From an uncultured Rhodospirillaceae bacterium (GTDB lineage: Bacteria; Pseudomonadota; Alphaproteobacteria; Micavibrionales; UBA2020): 64,000 nt of DNA. This document shows, piece by piece, positions 48,394 through 57,157 of the stretch; the stretch's first letter is position 1, and each line of letters begins with the position of its first letter. The DNA is taken from contig CAYWIT010000008.1 in the NCBI GenBank assembly GCA_964458415.1, forward strand, positions 1,108 through 65,107. The letters are read 5' to 3'. Below the pieces are notes generated by a model. That model had not been told where the DNA came from. It worked only from the letters and a program-made list of their open reading frames with translations, and ran no database searches. The position numbers and the translations under genes are program-made.

Positions 48394-48648
48394 TTAAACT
48401 GTCACATCCACACGGGAGCCGCGGCGCTCATCGGCCGCACGGGCTTCTTCGCGGCGCGCGTCCTGTCTGGCATCCTGCGTTTTTTGCTCGTCACGCGATT
48501 CCAGCGTGCGCTGATCTGCACGTTGGCTGCTGGCGGCCGGTGCGGCGCGGGGCTGCACTTTCTCCGTGTTTGCGCGGGCTTCATTGCCTGCAACAAAAGA
48601 CGGTTGTACGGCGTAAGCCTGAACGGCCGGTCCCGGGGCGTTTACCAT
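48394..48648 (-). CDS. hypothetical small Ala/Arg/Glu-rich protein (84 aa)
   Basis: Of four overlapping ORFs in this region, only this one has a good SD sequence (AAGGTGGATC before the ATG) and a downstream hairpin. The composition is low-complexity, so coding status is uncertain. Confidence 0.35.
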   Translation of the reverse strand: MVNAPGPAVQAYAVQPSFVAGNEARANTEKVQPRAAPAASSQRADQRTLESRDEQKTQDARQDARREEARAADERRGSRVDVTV

Positions 48649-48861
48649 GATCCACCTTTAAAAAATTCACACTCCACATATTCAGAATAGCAAAGGGGTG
48701 TTAAGGAAGCCTTAATTATTGTTTTTGTGGAATGTTTAGGATTTCGATGCGCAGATTAATCTATCTTTAACATAATTTGTTTAAAATTTTAAATATAGGC
48801 AGGTTTGCGGGAAGAACCTCAAAAAAAGAAGATCGATTCTACGGGATAAGGGAAAAACAGG

Positions 48862-49986
48862 ATGCAAAAGACATCCATTATAACAGGGGTGAATATCTTG
48901 GATCCAAAGCAGTTGCTTGAGTTCGCACAGAACAAGACGGAATCAGGGCGCCAGCAGTTCGCCGGAGCCGTGGCGCAGTTCTTTGATGAGACAAAGATGA
49001 GCGATATGCAGCGCCAGATGGCGGGAGACATTCTGCTCAATCTTGTCCGGCAGGCAGAGCGTGACCTGCGGCAGGCGCTGGCAGAACGTCTGGCCGTTCA
49101 GGATGGTGTTCCTGCACAGCTGATCATTTTCCTGGCAAACGATGAAATTTCAGTGGCAGAGCCGATATTGTTGCATAGCCGTATCCTGAAAGATGTGGAT
49201 TTGATGTATATCATCAGTACGCAGAATAACGGACATTGGCAGGTCATTGCCCGCCGCGAGAATCTTAGCCCCATGGTGGTGGAGAGGCTGATTGACACGG
49301 AAGACCATATAACAACCTTGAATCTTGTCGAAAACCAGAGTGCCTGTATGCAAAAAAGCGCGATGAAGAAGATGGTGCGTGCCGCGTTGCGCTCCGAGAA
49401 TCTGCAGGTCCCCTTGTTGCGGAGGCGGGAGATAACGCCGGATATCGCCGTGGATCTTTATATGGTCGTGTCTCAGGGCGTGCGAAAGCTGATTGCTGAA
49501 AAGTTCAATGTTCAGATGCATCTTGTCGAGCAATCCATGGAAATGCTTGTGCACGAGCTGAATCAGGAGGCTAACGGTCAATGTCGCGCAACAAAGGAGA
49601 TGGTGGCGCTGGCGCGCAGGTTTCATGAACGCGGGGATATTACGCCAGACCTGATGATCAGAACGCTTCGTCGTGGGCAGATTGGCTTCTTTATTGCCCT
49701 CTTTTCCAACCGGGCAGGTTTGCAGCCAGAAACTGTGATCGAGATGGTGCAAAAGGATGGCGGCAAGCCGTTTGTCGTCGCCTGTCGTTCGATGGGCATG
49801 ATGAAGTCTGAATTTGCCACTATTTTCCTGTTGAGCCGCGGCATCCGCTCGGGGGACAAGATCGTTGATCAGCGGGAGCTCGCCATGGCACTCAAGTACT
49901 TCGATTCTATCAAGGAACTGGATGTGCAAAGACTTATGCGGGCTTGGGGAAAGTCACCGGAAATCATGCTGAAGGATGCTACCTGA
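48862..49986 (+). CDS. DUF2336-like conserved alphaproteobacterial protein
   Basis: 374 aa. Helical repeat protein (…RQMAGDILLNLVRQAERDLRQALAERLA…LANDEISVAEPILLHSRILKDVDLMYII…). I recognise this as the DUF2336 family from memory only. Confidence 0.6.
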   Translation: MQKTSIITGVNILDPKQLLEFAQNKTESGRQQFAGAVAQFFDETKMSDMQRQMAGDILLNLVRQAERDLRQALAERLAVQDGVPAQLIIFLANDEISVAEPILLHSRILKDVDLMYIISTQNNGHWQVIARRENLSPMVVERLIDTEDHITTLNLVENQSACMQKSAMKKMVRAALRSENLQVPLLRRREITPDIAVDLYMVVSQGVRKLIAEKFNVQMHLVEQSMEMLVHELNQEANGQCRATKEMVALARRFHERGDITPDLMIRTLRRGQIGFFIALFSNRAGLQPETVIEMVQKDGGKPFVVACRSMGMMKSEFATIFLLSRGIRSGDKIVDQRELAMALKYFDSIKELDVQRLMRAWGKSPEIMLKDAT

Positions 49987-51217
49987 TACAGCAGGAGGTT
50001 TTAGCGCAGCAGGAAGAGTTTTGTGCCGCTTCCTTCAGGACCTTGACGCCGGGGAGGTCTTTGCCCTCCAGCCATTCCAGAAACGCGCCGCCCGCCGTGG
50101 AAACATAGGTCATTTTTTCCTCTGCACCGGCATGGGCGAGAGCCGCAACCGTATCCCCGCCACCGGCTACGCTGATAATTTTTCCATGCAGTGTCAGATC
50201 CGCAATGGATTTTGCCAGCGCCGTTGTTCCTGCGTCGAAGGGCGGCGTTTCAAATGCGCCGACGGGACCGTTCCACAGAACCGTTTTGGCCTGTGCGAGA
50301 AGCGTATTGATTGCGGCAACACTTTCCGCGCCGATATCCAGCATCATTTCATCATCGGCGATATGTCCGACCAGTCGCGTTTCTGTCGGCGGATTGGTTT
50401 TGAATTCCTTTGCTGTCAGCGCATCGACCGGAAGAATGATTCGGCAGTGATGCTTTTCAGCCGTGGCCATGATGGCGCGGGCATTGTCGGCCATTTCCTT
50501 TTCACAGAGAGACTTTCCGACGCCCAGTCCGGTAGCGTACAGGAAGGTATTGGCCATGCCGCCGCCCAGAACAAGCATGTCAATCTTTGTGACAAGATTG
50601 TTCAGCAAGTCGAGTTTTGTAGAAATTTTTGATCCGCCAACGATGGCGATAACAGGGCGCGCAGGCGCTTCAAGTGCGTAGCCCAGCGCATCCAGTTCCG
50701 CTTCCATGAGGCGCCCGGCGTATGCGGGGAGCAGGCGCGCAATGCCTTCGGTCGTGGCATGCGCACGATGGGCGCAAGAAAAGGCGTCGTTGACATAGAT
50801 GTCGCCGAGAGACGCAATTTTTGCGGCAAAAGCGGAATCGTTTTTTTCCTCTTCGGTATAGAAGCGGACATTTTCCAGCAGAATGACATCGCCTTCGTTC
50901 ATGGCTGTGATGGCGGTCATGGGCAGGTCGCCAAGACAATCGGCAACGAAAGATACAGGCTGTCCGAGCGCCATTTCCAGTGCCCGTCCGACGGGGGCAA
51001 GGGAGAGCGCCGCATCACGGCCTTTGGGGCGGCCAAAGTGGGAGAGAATGACGGTCTTTGCGCCCTTGCTGGACAGCTCCCTTATCGTGGGGAGCAGGCG
51101 GCTGATACGGGTCATATCCGTCACTTTTCCATCCTGCATAGGAACATTCAGGTCAGCACGGAGCAGAATGACCATACCCTTGGAGGAGAGGTCGTCAAGT
51201 GTCAGATAGTTTTTCAT
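49979..51217 (-). CDS. pgk: phosphoglycerate kinase
   Basis: 412 aa. LLRADLNVPMQDGKVTD, SHFGRPKG and GGGDTVAA motifs. Confidence 0.95.
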   Translation of the reverse strand: MKNYLTLDDLSSKGMVILLRADLNVPMQDGKVTDMTRISRLLPTIRELSSKGAKTVILSHFGRPKGRDAALSLAPVGRALEMALGQPVSFVADCLGDLPMTAITAMNEGDVILLENVRFYTEEEKNDSAFAAKIASLGDIYVNDAFSCAHRAHATTEGIARLLPAYAGRLMEAELDALGYALEAPARPVIAIVGGSKISTKLDLLNNLVTKIDMLVLGGGMANTFLYATGLGVGKSLCEKEMADNARAIMATAEKHHCRIILPVDALTAKEFKTNPPTETRLVGHIADDEMMLDIGAESVAAINTLLAQAKTVLWNGPVGAFETPPFDAGTTALAKSIADLTLHGKIISVAGGGDTVAALAHAGAEEKMTYVSTAGGAFLEWLEGKDLPGVKVLKEAAQNSSCCAKTSCCIR

Positions 51218-51228
51218 GGAATGAAATC

Positions 51229-52050
51229 CTAGTAAGTCGTATTTTTAGCGGCGGGCTCGTCACTGCCGCCCTCGCTGATGGCCTTATCGGCAGCATTTGT
51301 CGTTTCCGCCGGAGCAAGCGTCCAGGGTTTGTTTTTTCCGGAGAAAATATCCAGCGGCATCGTGTATACAAGACTGATAATTTCCGTGCGATCATCGCGG
51401 TTGAAGGAGGTGCCGTTGCTCAGGATATGCGCGTTGATCCCCAGACGGCTTTTGTCATCGAATTCATAGGCAAGTTCCGTACCGACGCGGAAGGCCAAAG
51501 TGCGGTCAAGGTCGTATCCATCGCCCTCGCCATAGGCCCCTACAGCAACGGAAGGCATCAGGAATATACGTTCGCCGAATTTGAAGGGCACGCCGATACC
51601 GCCGTAGCCCATTTTGCTGCCTTGGGTCGTGATAAAGCCGCCGAAGATGGGCTGCAGGCGACCGGCAATTTTTACGCCGGGCTGCCATTCAAAGTTGAAT
51701 GATGTATCTTTCAGGCCATGCGTGAGAGGATCATAAACGCCGACACTGAGACCGAAAAATGAAGTATCTTTTTGAACTTCGACAATACGGGATTCCGGTA
51801 CAGGTGCGGGAAGCGGCGCAGGTTCAGAGGTTTCTGCAGGCGGCGGTGTGTCTTCAATCGGGGCTGACTGCGTGACGTCCATCGGAACTTCCTTGTTCTG
51901 GATTTCATCCAGCGCTTTGTCGAGCGGAACCAGAACAGGTTGCGGTTTTGCGCCGTAGGGCATGCCGTCAGCAAAAGCGGTAGAAAACAGGGCGGTTGAC
52001 AAAAGTAATGTGGTGCCGAGAGCGAGTGGCGTCAGTTTGTAAAATGTCAC
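51229..52050 (-). CDS. outer-membrane acyloxyacyl hydrolase (PagL-like lipid A deacylase family), GTG start
   Basis: 273 aa. Signal peptide (LLLSTALFSTAFADG), Pro-rich linker, and a C-terminal beta-barrel-like region with the H-x-S-N motif (NAHILSNGTS). Confidence 0.6.
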   Translation of the reverse strand: MTFYKLTPLALGTTLLLSTALFSTAFADGMPYGAKPQPVLVPLDKALDEIQNKEVPMDVTQSAPIEDTPPPAETSEPAPLPAPVPESRIVEVQKDTSFFGLSVGVYDPLTHGLKDTSFNFEWQPGVKIAGRLQPIFGGFITTQGSKMGYGGIGVPFKFGERIFLMPSVAVGAYGEGDGYDLDRTLAFRVGTELAYEFDDKSRLGINAHILSNGTSFNRDDRTEIISLVYTMPLDIFSGKNKPWTLAPAETTNAADKAISEGGSDEPAAKNTTY

Positions 52051-52172
52051 GTTATGAACTCCCTGTGGAATCTACATGGTTTTACTATAGATAACTCTGC
52101 GCATGATGGAAATGCTTTTTCACAACACGCTGCATTCCGTAAAAGCGCTGAACGGGTTGGTATTGCGGAAAA

Positions 52173-52985
52173 TTACTGAGGGGCGATGATTTCAATCTGC
52201 TCCGGATGGGTGAGTTCAATCATAGGGCCGTTTTTATTTTCGACCCAGCCATGAATGCGAACCCGTAATCCGCGCCAGCGATCCGGAGGGATCAGTTTTC
52301 CATCAACAATAAATTTGTCATTGAGGAGGTCGCCACTCGCTTCTATTGTGAAATCTGTTTTATAGCTTGCGTCGAAATTTAAAAAATATCTTCCGCTGTT
52401 CGATCCAATATTCAAAACGGTATCTTCAACGACCTGAAAGCTGTTCTGCTTGCCTTGAACTGTCGTTTTATCCCTGACGGCATAGGCAGGGTCTGCCCAG
52501 AACCCAAGCTTTGCAAGTCTGGCGCTATTTTCAAGTTTATAGAGGGGCTGGGCCAGATCACGGTTTGTTTCCGTGCTATAGGCCCAGGAGAGCCCGCGCT
52601 TGACGAGGTCGGCCTGTATCCATGTGCCATCATCAAGAACAGCGTGGACGACGGTATTTCCAAGGCGATCCCTGCGCCCTTGCACCGTTCTTCTGCTGGA
52701 AAAAATGCCGACCCGTTTGTTGAGGACATTTTCATCAAGATAATCAAGCGCATGGGCATCGTAGTGAACGGGGATGCGGATGTTGTCCAGTCTGTATATT
52801 TTCTGATTGTCGAGCTTGATCAGGTCAGATTTTATAATCTCGGTAACCGTACCGACATCAAGCAAGGTAAGGTCGTCAGGGGTCGTCTGGATGGGGGTAT
52901 AGGTGTCTTTTCCCCAAGCCGGCAGAGCGAGCGAGAGGAGGAGACAGACGGTAAGAAAAAAAGAGTGGCAGGATCGAAAGCTCAT
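52173..52985 (-). CDS. secreted thermonuclease (SNase)-like family protein
   Basis: 270 aa. Signal peptide (LLLSLALPAWG). Weak SNase-like pattern (…KIYRLDNIRIP…DRLGNTVVHAVLDDGTWIQADLVKRGLSWAY…). The call is tentative. Confidence 0.5.
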   Translation of the reverse strand: MSFRSCHSFFLTVCLLLSLALPAWGKDTYTPIQTTPDDLTLLDVGTVTEIIKSDLIKLDNQKIYRLDNIRIPVHYDAHALDYLDENVLNKRVGIFSSRRTVQGRRDRLGNTVVHAVLDDGTWIQADLVKRGLSWAYSTETNRDLAQPLYKLENSARLAKLGFWADPAYAVRDKTTVQGKQNSFQVVEDTVLNIGSNSGRYFLNFDASYKTDFTIEASGDLLNDKFIVDGKLIPPDRWRGLRVRIHGWVENKNGPMIELTHPEQIEIIAPQ

Positions 52986-53038
52986 ATCCTACCACTACCA
53001 TAGTTCAGGGGAGAAAATGAAGATGGAAATTGGAAAAT

Positions 53039-53938
53039 TTATGTTCCGGAGAACAGCATGGCACGGTCAAGTCCGGCGTCCCGCACCTTGATTTGCAGGG
53101 TGTCCCGCAGCTTTTCCATCGCGCGCTGTTCCAGCTGGCGCACACGTTCCTTGCTGATGCCCAGCTGTTTGCCGAGATCTTCCAAAGTAACGACTTTCTC
53201 CCGCATCTGGCGTTCGCGAATAATGGTTCTTTCGCGCGGATTGAGATCAGACAGGGCTTCGTTCAGCCAACGGGATTGCGTTATGTTATCTTTCATGCCG
53301 ATAACGATATCTTCCGGATTGGGAGAGTCGTCCGCCATCATATCCTGCCATTCGTGAACGCCACCATCGCCAATCGGAACGTTCAGGGACTGGTCGCCGC
53401 CATTCATGCGGGCCTCCATTTCCACGACGTCCTTCGGGGTTACGCCCAGTTCGGTTGCAATTTCTCCGATGGCGTCCTTATCAAGGTATTCACGCGCCGA
53501 CTGGCCTTCAATTTTTGCCCGCAGGCGGCGCAGATTAAAGAACAGTGACTTCTGGCTGGATGTTGTGCCGGTACGTACGATTGACCAGTTGCGCAAGACA
53601 TAATCCTGTATTTGCGCTTTGATCCACCATGTGGCATAGGTCGAAAACCGGTTTTCAAGGGCCGGTTCAAAACGTGCAGCGGCCTCCATCAGGCCGATAT
53701 TTCCTTCTTGAATAAGATCGCTCATCGGGAGTCCGTAATTCTTGAATTTTGCGGCAATGGCGATGACGAGACGTGTGTAGGAGCTGACCATTTCATGGAG
53801 GGCCTTTTCGTCACGATGCTCTTTCCAGCGGCGCGCAAGATCCAGCTCATGCGTGCGCTCCAGCATCGGCGCATCCATCGCCTTGCGGATGTAGCGCAGG
53901 TTGGCTTGTTGTGCTGTGTTATCTTCCATATAGGCCAT
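53039..53938 (-). CDS. rpoH: RNA polymerase sigma-32 (heat-shock) factor
   Basis: 299 aa. Region 2 (DLIQEGNIGLMEAAARFEP...FSTYATWWIKAQIQDYV), RpoH box (SQKSLFFNLRRL) and region 4 (LEDLGKQLGISKERVRQLEQRA). Confidence 0.9.
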   Translation of the reverse strand: MAYMEDNTAQQANLRYIRKAMDAPMLERTHELDLARRWKEHRDEKALHEMVSSYTRLVIAIAAKFKNYGLPMSDLIQEGNIGLMEAAARFEPALENRFSTYATWWIKAQIQDYVLRNWSIVRTGTTSSQKSLFFNLRRLRAKIEGQSAREYLDKDAIGEIATELGVTPKDVVEMEARMNGGDQSLNVPIGDGGVHEWQDMMADDSPNPEDIVIGMKDNITQSRWLNEALSDLNPRERTIIRERQMREKVVTLEDLGKQLGISKERVRQLEQRAMEKLRDTLQIKVRDAGLDRAMLFSGT

Positions 53939-54058
53939 ATATAAAAACCCCTACCTTTCCAAAAGATATTCCTTGTTACATCCTTTGTACGTGGGGAGGG
54001 CGGTATTGGATCAAAATATAAATTGGCGAGAAAGGGGGCCGGGCTTGTTAAATTTAAA

Positions 54059-54095
54059 CGCCCCTGCAAGTTATGAAAACACACTGGCAGGGGCG
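54059..54095 (-). terminator. candidate terminator downstream of carD
   Basis: CGCCCCTGC (54059..54067) pairs with GCAGGGGCG (54087..54095) across a 19-nt loop. On the minus strand it is followed by TTTAAATTT. Confidence 0.4.
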
Positions 54096-54133
54096 CTGTT
54101 TTAAAAAAAATTGAGCGGCTATCGGTTATTTGA

Positions 54134-54973
54134 TCAGGCGACGTTCGTCAGAACTTCTTCCAGCTTTTCAGCAGCCTTTTTCTCGTCGATTCTCTCGATG
54201 GCGGCAACTTCACGAGCCAGACGCTCCAGCGCGGCCTGATAAATCTGGCGCTCGCTGTAGGATTGTTCCGACTGGTCGTCTGCCTTGCGAAGATCGCGCA
54301 GAACCTCGGCAATGGCGACGGGGTCTCCTGAGTTGATCTTGGTTTCGTATTCCTGTGCACGACGGCTCCACATAATGCGGCGTGTCTGGGAACGGCCCTG
54401 CAATGTGGCCAGCGCGTCTTTCAGGCGATCCTTGGAAGAAAGCTTGCGGAGACCCGAGGCCTTGACCTTGCTGACGGGGAGCTTGAGACGCATCCGGTCT
54501 TTTTCAAAGCAAATCGTGTAAAGGGTAATTTCCATGCCCGCAATCGTCTGGGTTTCCACGCCTTCAACCAGACCAACGCCATGTGCGGGATAAACAACGA
54601 AATCCCCGGCGACAAAATCAAGTTTTTCGATTTTTTTAACGATCACGGTTTCTTGCACAATAACGGGCGCAGCTTCCTTTTTTTGAACTTTTTCTTTTTT
54701 GATTACAGCGGCTTCCGGTTGTTTTTTCATTTCTACCTTTTTCGGTGCGGCGATAGGCTTTGCAACAGCTTTTGCTACGGACTTCGCTACAGGTTTTGCA
54801 ACAGATTTTGCAACAGGCTTAACCTTCGCCTTTACGACGGGCGCCTTGGCAACGGCTTTTTTGGCGACAACTTTCTTTGCAATAACGGGCGCGGCTTTCT
54901 TCGTTTTTGCGACCGTTTTGACTGCAGCGGGTTTTTTAGCTGCTTTTGCCTTTGTTTTCAATGTCTTTGCCAT
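54134..54973 (-). CDS. carD: CarD/CdnL-family RNA-polymerase-binding regulator with a Lys/Ala-rich (histone-H1-like) N-terminal extension
   Basis: 279 aa. The C-terminal ~165 aa form the CarD_CdnL_TRCF core (GDFVVYPAHGVGLVEGVETQTIAGMEITLY...RRIMWSRRAQEYETKINSGD...). The N-terminal ~110 aa consist of AKKPAA/VAKSVAKP-type repeats. Confidence 0.85.
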   Translation of the reverse strand: MAKTLKTKAKAAKKPAAVKTVAKTKKAAPVIAKKVVAKKAVAKAPVVKAKVKPVAKSVAKPVAKSVAKAVAKPIAAPKKVEMKKQPEAAVIKKEKVQKKEAAPVIVQETVIVKKIEKLDFVAGDFVVYPAHGVGLVEGVETQTIAGMEITLYTICFEKDRMRLKLPVSKVKASGLRKLSSKDRLKDALATLQGRSQTRRIMWSRRAQEYETKINSGDPVAIAEVLRDLRKADDQSEQSYSERQIYQAALERLAREVAAIERIDEKKAAEKLEEVLTNVA

Positions 54974-55215
54974 GTGTCCTCTCTCGTTATCGGAGCATTA
55001 CGCTGTTCAGCTTGGGCAGGAAAGTAAATAGTTTTCATAATTTTAAAACCGTTCACTGACATGAAGCTACCACCTAGAGCGACAATATACTAAATGCCAT
55101 AAAATTTCAAGCATTAATTAAAAAAAGGTTAATTCTTATGATTTTAAAGAAATAAAACTTCTTAACGTATTGTATTAATGAGCGTTTCCTTTATCTAGCG
55201 GAATTTTTGATGAGA

Positions 55216-55554
55216 TCAATCCCCTTCACCGGGGTCCGGGCTAAAGAATTTCATTTTGTTCTTCACCTTTTTGAACTCTTCAGCTTCGGGCAGGGCGGGT
55301 TTCTTCCGGGTAATATTCGGCCATTTTCCCATAGAGTATTCACGGTTCAGCTCCAGAAAGGCTTCGCCTTGTGGGTCTGAATCCGCCACGATGGCATCGA
55401 TGGGACATTCCGGAACGCAGACGCCGCAATCAATGCACTCGTCCGGATTGATGACAAGCGTGTTTTCCCCTTCGTAGAAGCAGTCTACCGGGCAGACTTC
55501 AACGCAATCCGTGTATTTACATTTGATGCAGACATCCGTGACGATGTAGGTCAT
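55216..55554 (-). CDS. fdxA: ferredoxin (7Fe, [3Fe-4S][4Fe-4S] FdxA type)
   Basis: 112 aa. [29 protein letters not shown]...[12 protein letters not shown]. Confidence 0.9.
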   Translation of the reverse strand: MTYIVTDVCIKCKYTDCVEVCPVDCFYEGENTLVINPDECIDCGVCVPECPIDAIVADSDPQGEAFLELNREYSMGKWPNITRKKPALPEAEEFKKVKNKMKFFSPDPGEGD

Positions 55555-55614
55555 TTTTATCTCTATGCTGTTTTTTAGGCTTTATACGCCTGTTTCCAGC
55601 GGCCATCAAGGGGG

Positions 55615-56547
55615 CTAGCCCGCGTTAACGATTCTTTGAATCAGCGCTTCTTTTATGGCATCAGCCCTGTCGTTGTCGATCTGGCAGGTTCCGACAGCCT
55701 TGTGGCCGCCGCCGCCGTGTTCCAGCATCAGGCTGCCGACATCCACCTGAGCGGACCTGTTCAGTACGGATTTTCCGACAGCAAAAACCGTATTGACGCC
55801 TTGTTTGCCGGGCATGACATGCATGGAAATGTTTTGTTCGGGGTACATTGCGTAAATTGTAAATCTGTTTGTGACAAAGATTTCCTTTTCATTGCGTAGA
55901 TCAAGGACAAGGAGATTATTGTGAATTTCCGCGCAGGTCTCGATTTGCTTTTTTGCAAGAGGCAGGTGCTTTCTGTACATATGAACGCGTTCGGCGACAT
56001 CAGGGTGATTCAGAATCTCATCCACATTTTTATGTGTGCGCAGAATATCGACGAAATCCATCATTAACTGATAGTTTGAAACGCGGAAATCACGAAACCG
56101 GCCCAGACCGGTACGGTTGTCCATGATGAAGCCAAGCAGGACCCATCCTTGCGGATTCAGGATATCTTCGTGAGATATTTGCGCAGCATCGATTTTATCG
56201 GTCGCGCTCATAAGATCCGCTGTGATATTGGGAAATTTTTCAGCGCCGCCAAAGTGGCGATAGACGACGTGCGCCGCCGAAGGCGCCGTCGGATCGTTGA
56301 TCACATTTGCCGCCTGACCTTTGTTGCGCTCAATTTCGCTGGCGTGGTGGTCAAAAACGATATGCGCTTTCGGGTGATAGGGAAGGTTGGTGATGATGTC
56401 GCGTCCGGTGACTTCAATGGTGCCGTCCTGCATATCCTTGGGGTGGGCATACTTGACCTCATCAATCATGCCGATTTCCCTGAGTAATGCGGCGCAGACA
56501 ATGCCATCCATGTCGCTACGGGTAATAAGACGATATTTCTCCTGCAT
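55615..56547 (-). CDS. DHH-family phosphoesterase-like protein
   Basis: 310 aa. RSDMDGIVCAALL (DHH motif I-like), FDHHASE (DHH) and a C-terminal GGGHKAVGT (DHHA1 GGGH) motif. Confidence 0.7.
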   Translation of the reverse strand: MQEKYRLITRSDMDGIVCAALLREIGMIDEVKYAHPKDMQDGTIEVTGRDIITNLPYHPKAHIVFDHHASEIERNKGQAANVINDPTAPSAAHVVYRHFGGAEKFPNITADLMSATDKIDAAQISHEDILNPQGWVLLGFIMDNRTGLGRFRDFRVSNYQLMMDFVDILRTHKNVDEILNHPDVAERVHMYRKHLPLAKKQIETCAEIHNNLLVLDLRNEKEIFVTNRFTIYAMYPEQNISMHVMPGKQGVNTVFAVGKSVLNRSAQVDVGSLMLEHGGGGHKAVGTCQIDNDRADAIKEALIQRIVNAG

Positions 56548-56705
56548 TATTATCCTTCAAATGTTGCCAAGTTTTCAGGGGATTATAAACTAAATCCAAA
56601 AAATGAAAATACCCTTGGGGCGGAGGAGGCGTGAATAATTTTGAGATATTCATGTTTTCACCATCGTGCCCGACTTGTTGGAAGTCCATGGAGATGCCGC
56701 AATAT

Positions 56706-57071
56706 GTCACCGTTCCCCGCAATTTAGGGGGATACGGCAACCTGTACCTCATGCCACAACAGACAAAGAAGGTCACCGTTCCCCGCAATTTAGGGGGATA
56801 CGGCAACAAGCGCGAAAGAACACAGCTTATCGTGAACGTCACCGTTCCCCGCAATTTAGGGGGATACGGCAACACTATTGGCGATGCATTGACAGAATCA
56901 TCTGTCACCGTTCCCCGCAATTTAGGGGGATACGGCAACGTGCGACATGAACAAGTACGACGCCGAACAGTCACCGTTCCCCGCAATTTAGGGGGATACG
57001 GCAACTTGTCAAACTGCTCATTCCAGTTAGTGATTGTCACCGTTCCCCGCAATTTAGGGGGATACGGCAAC
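56706..57071 (-). CRISPR. CRISPR array: 6 identical 36-nt repeats and 5 spacers of exactly 30 nt
   Basis: The plus-strand repeat is GTCACCGTTCCCCGCAATTTAGGGGGATACGGCAAC. Copies start at 56706, 56772, 56838, 56904, 56970 and 57036, giving a 66-nt period. Spacers lie at 56742..56771, 56808..56837, 56874..56903, 56940..56969 and 57006..57035 and are all unique. The strand assignment (minus, co-directional with the adjacent HEPN gene) is an inference from repeat folding, not certain. Confidence 0.95.
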
Positions 57072-57157
57072 TGGTTCCTTTCAAAGCTTTGTTTCCAAAG
57101 CAGAAAGGCAACCACTCGGACTTACAAAATCCACAAAAGTGAACTAATGCCGATCTA

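Noticed and set aside
48360-48690. Four mutually overlapping ORFs (two per strand) in a GC-rich stretch, considered as a possible overlapping-gene arrangement.
   Set aside because: The stretch is low-complexity Ala/Arg/Gly-rich sequence, open in several frames. Only the 84-aa minus-strand ORF has translation and termination signals. The others are treated as frame noise.
52173-52985. The secreted SNase-like nuclease as a defence gene linked to the CRISPR locus.
   Set aside because: It lies 3.7 kb away and is separated from the locus by rpoH, carD, fdxA and the DHH gene. It has a signal peptide, so it is extracellular or periplasmic. There is no operon link.
55615-56547. The DHH/DHHA1 phosphoesterase adjacent to the array as a possible CRISPR accessory (ring-nuclease-like) gene.
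   Set aside because: It is transcribed away from the array and sits next to fdxA and carD in a housekeeping context. Cyclic-oligoadenylate signalling belongs to type III systems, which are not present here. The adjacency is most likely coincidental.
57077-57112. Possible degenerate seventh repeat ending in GGCAAC in the gap between the array and the HEPN gene. A 6-bp hairpin (GCTTTG-tttc-CAAAGC, 57086..57101) lies in the same gap.
   Set aside because: Only about 12 of 36 positions match the repeat, and the spacing (5 nt after repeat 6) is out of register. The hairpin is short and lacks a convincing U-tract. I do not call either a repeat or a terminator.
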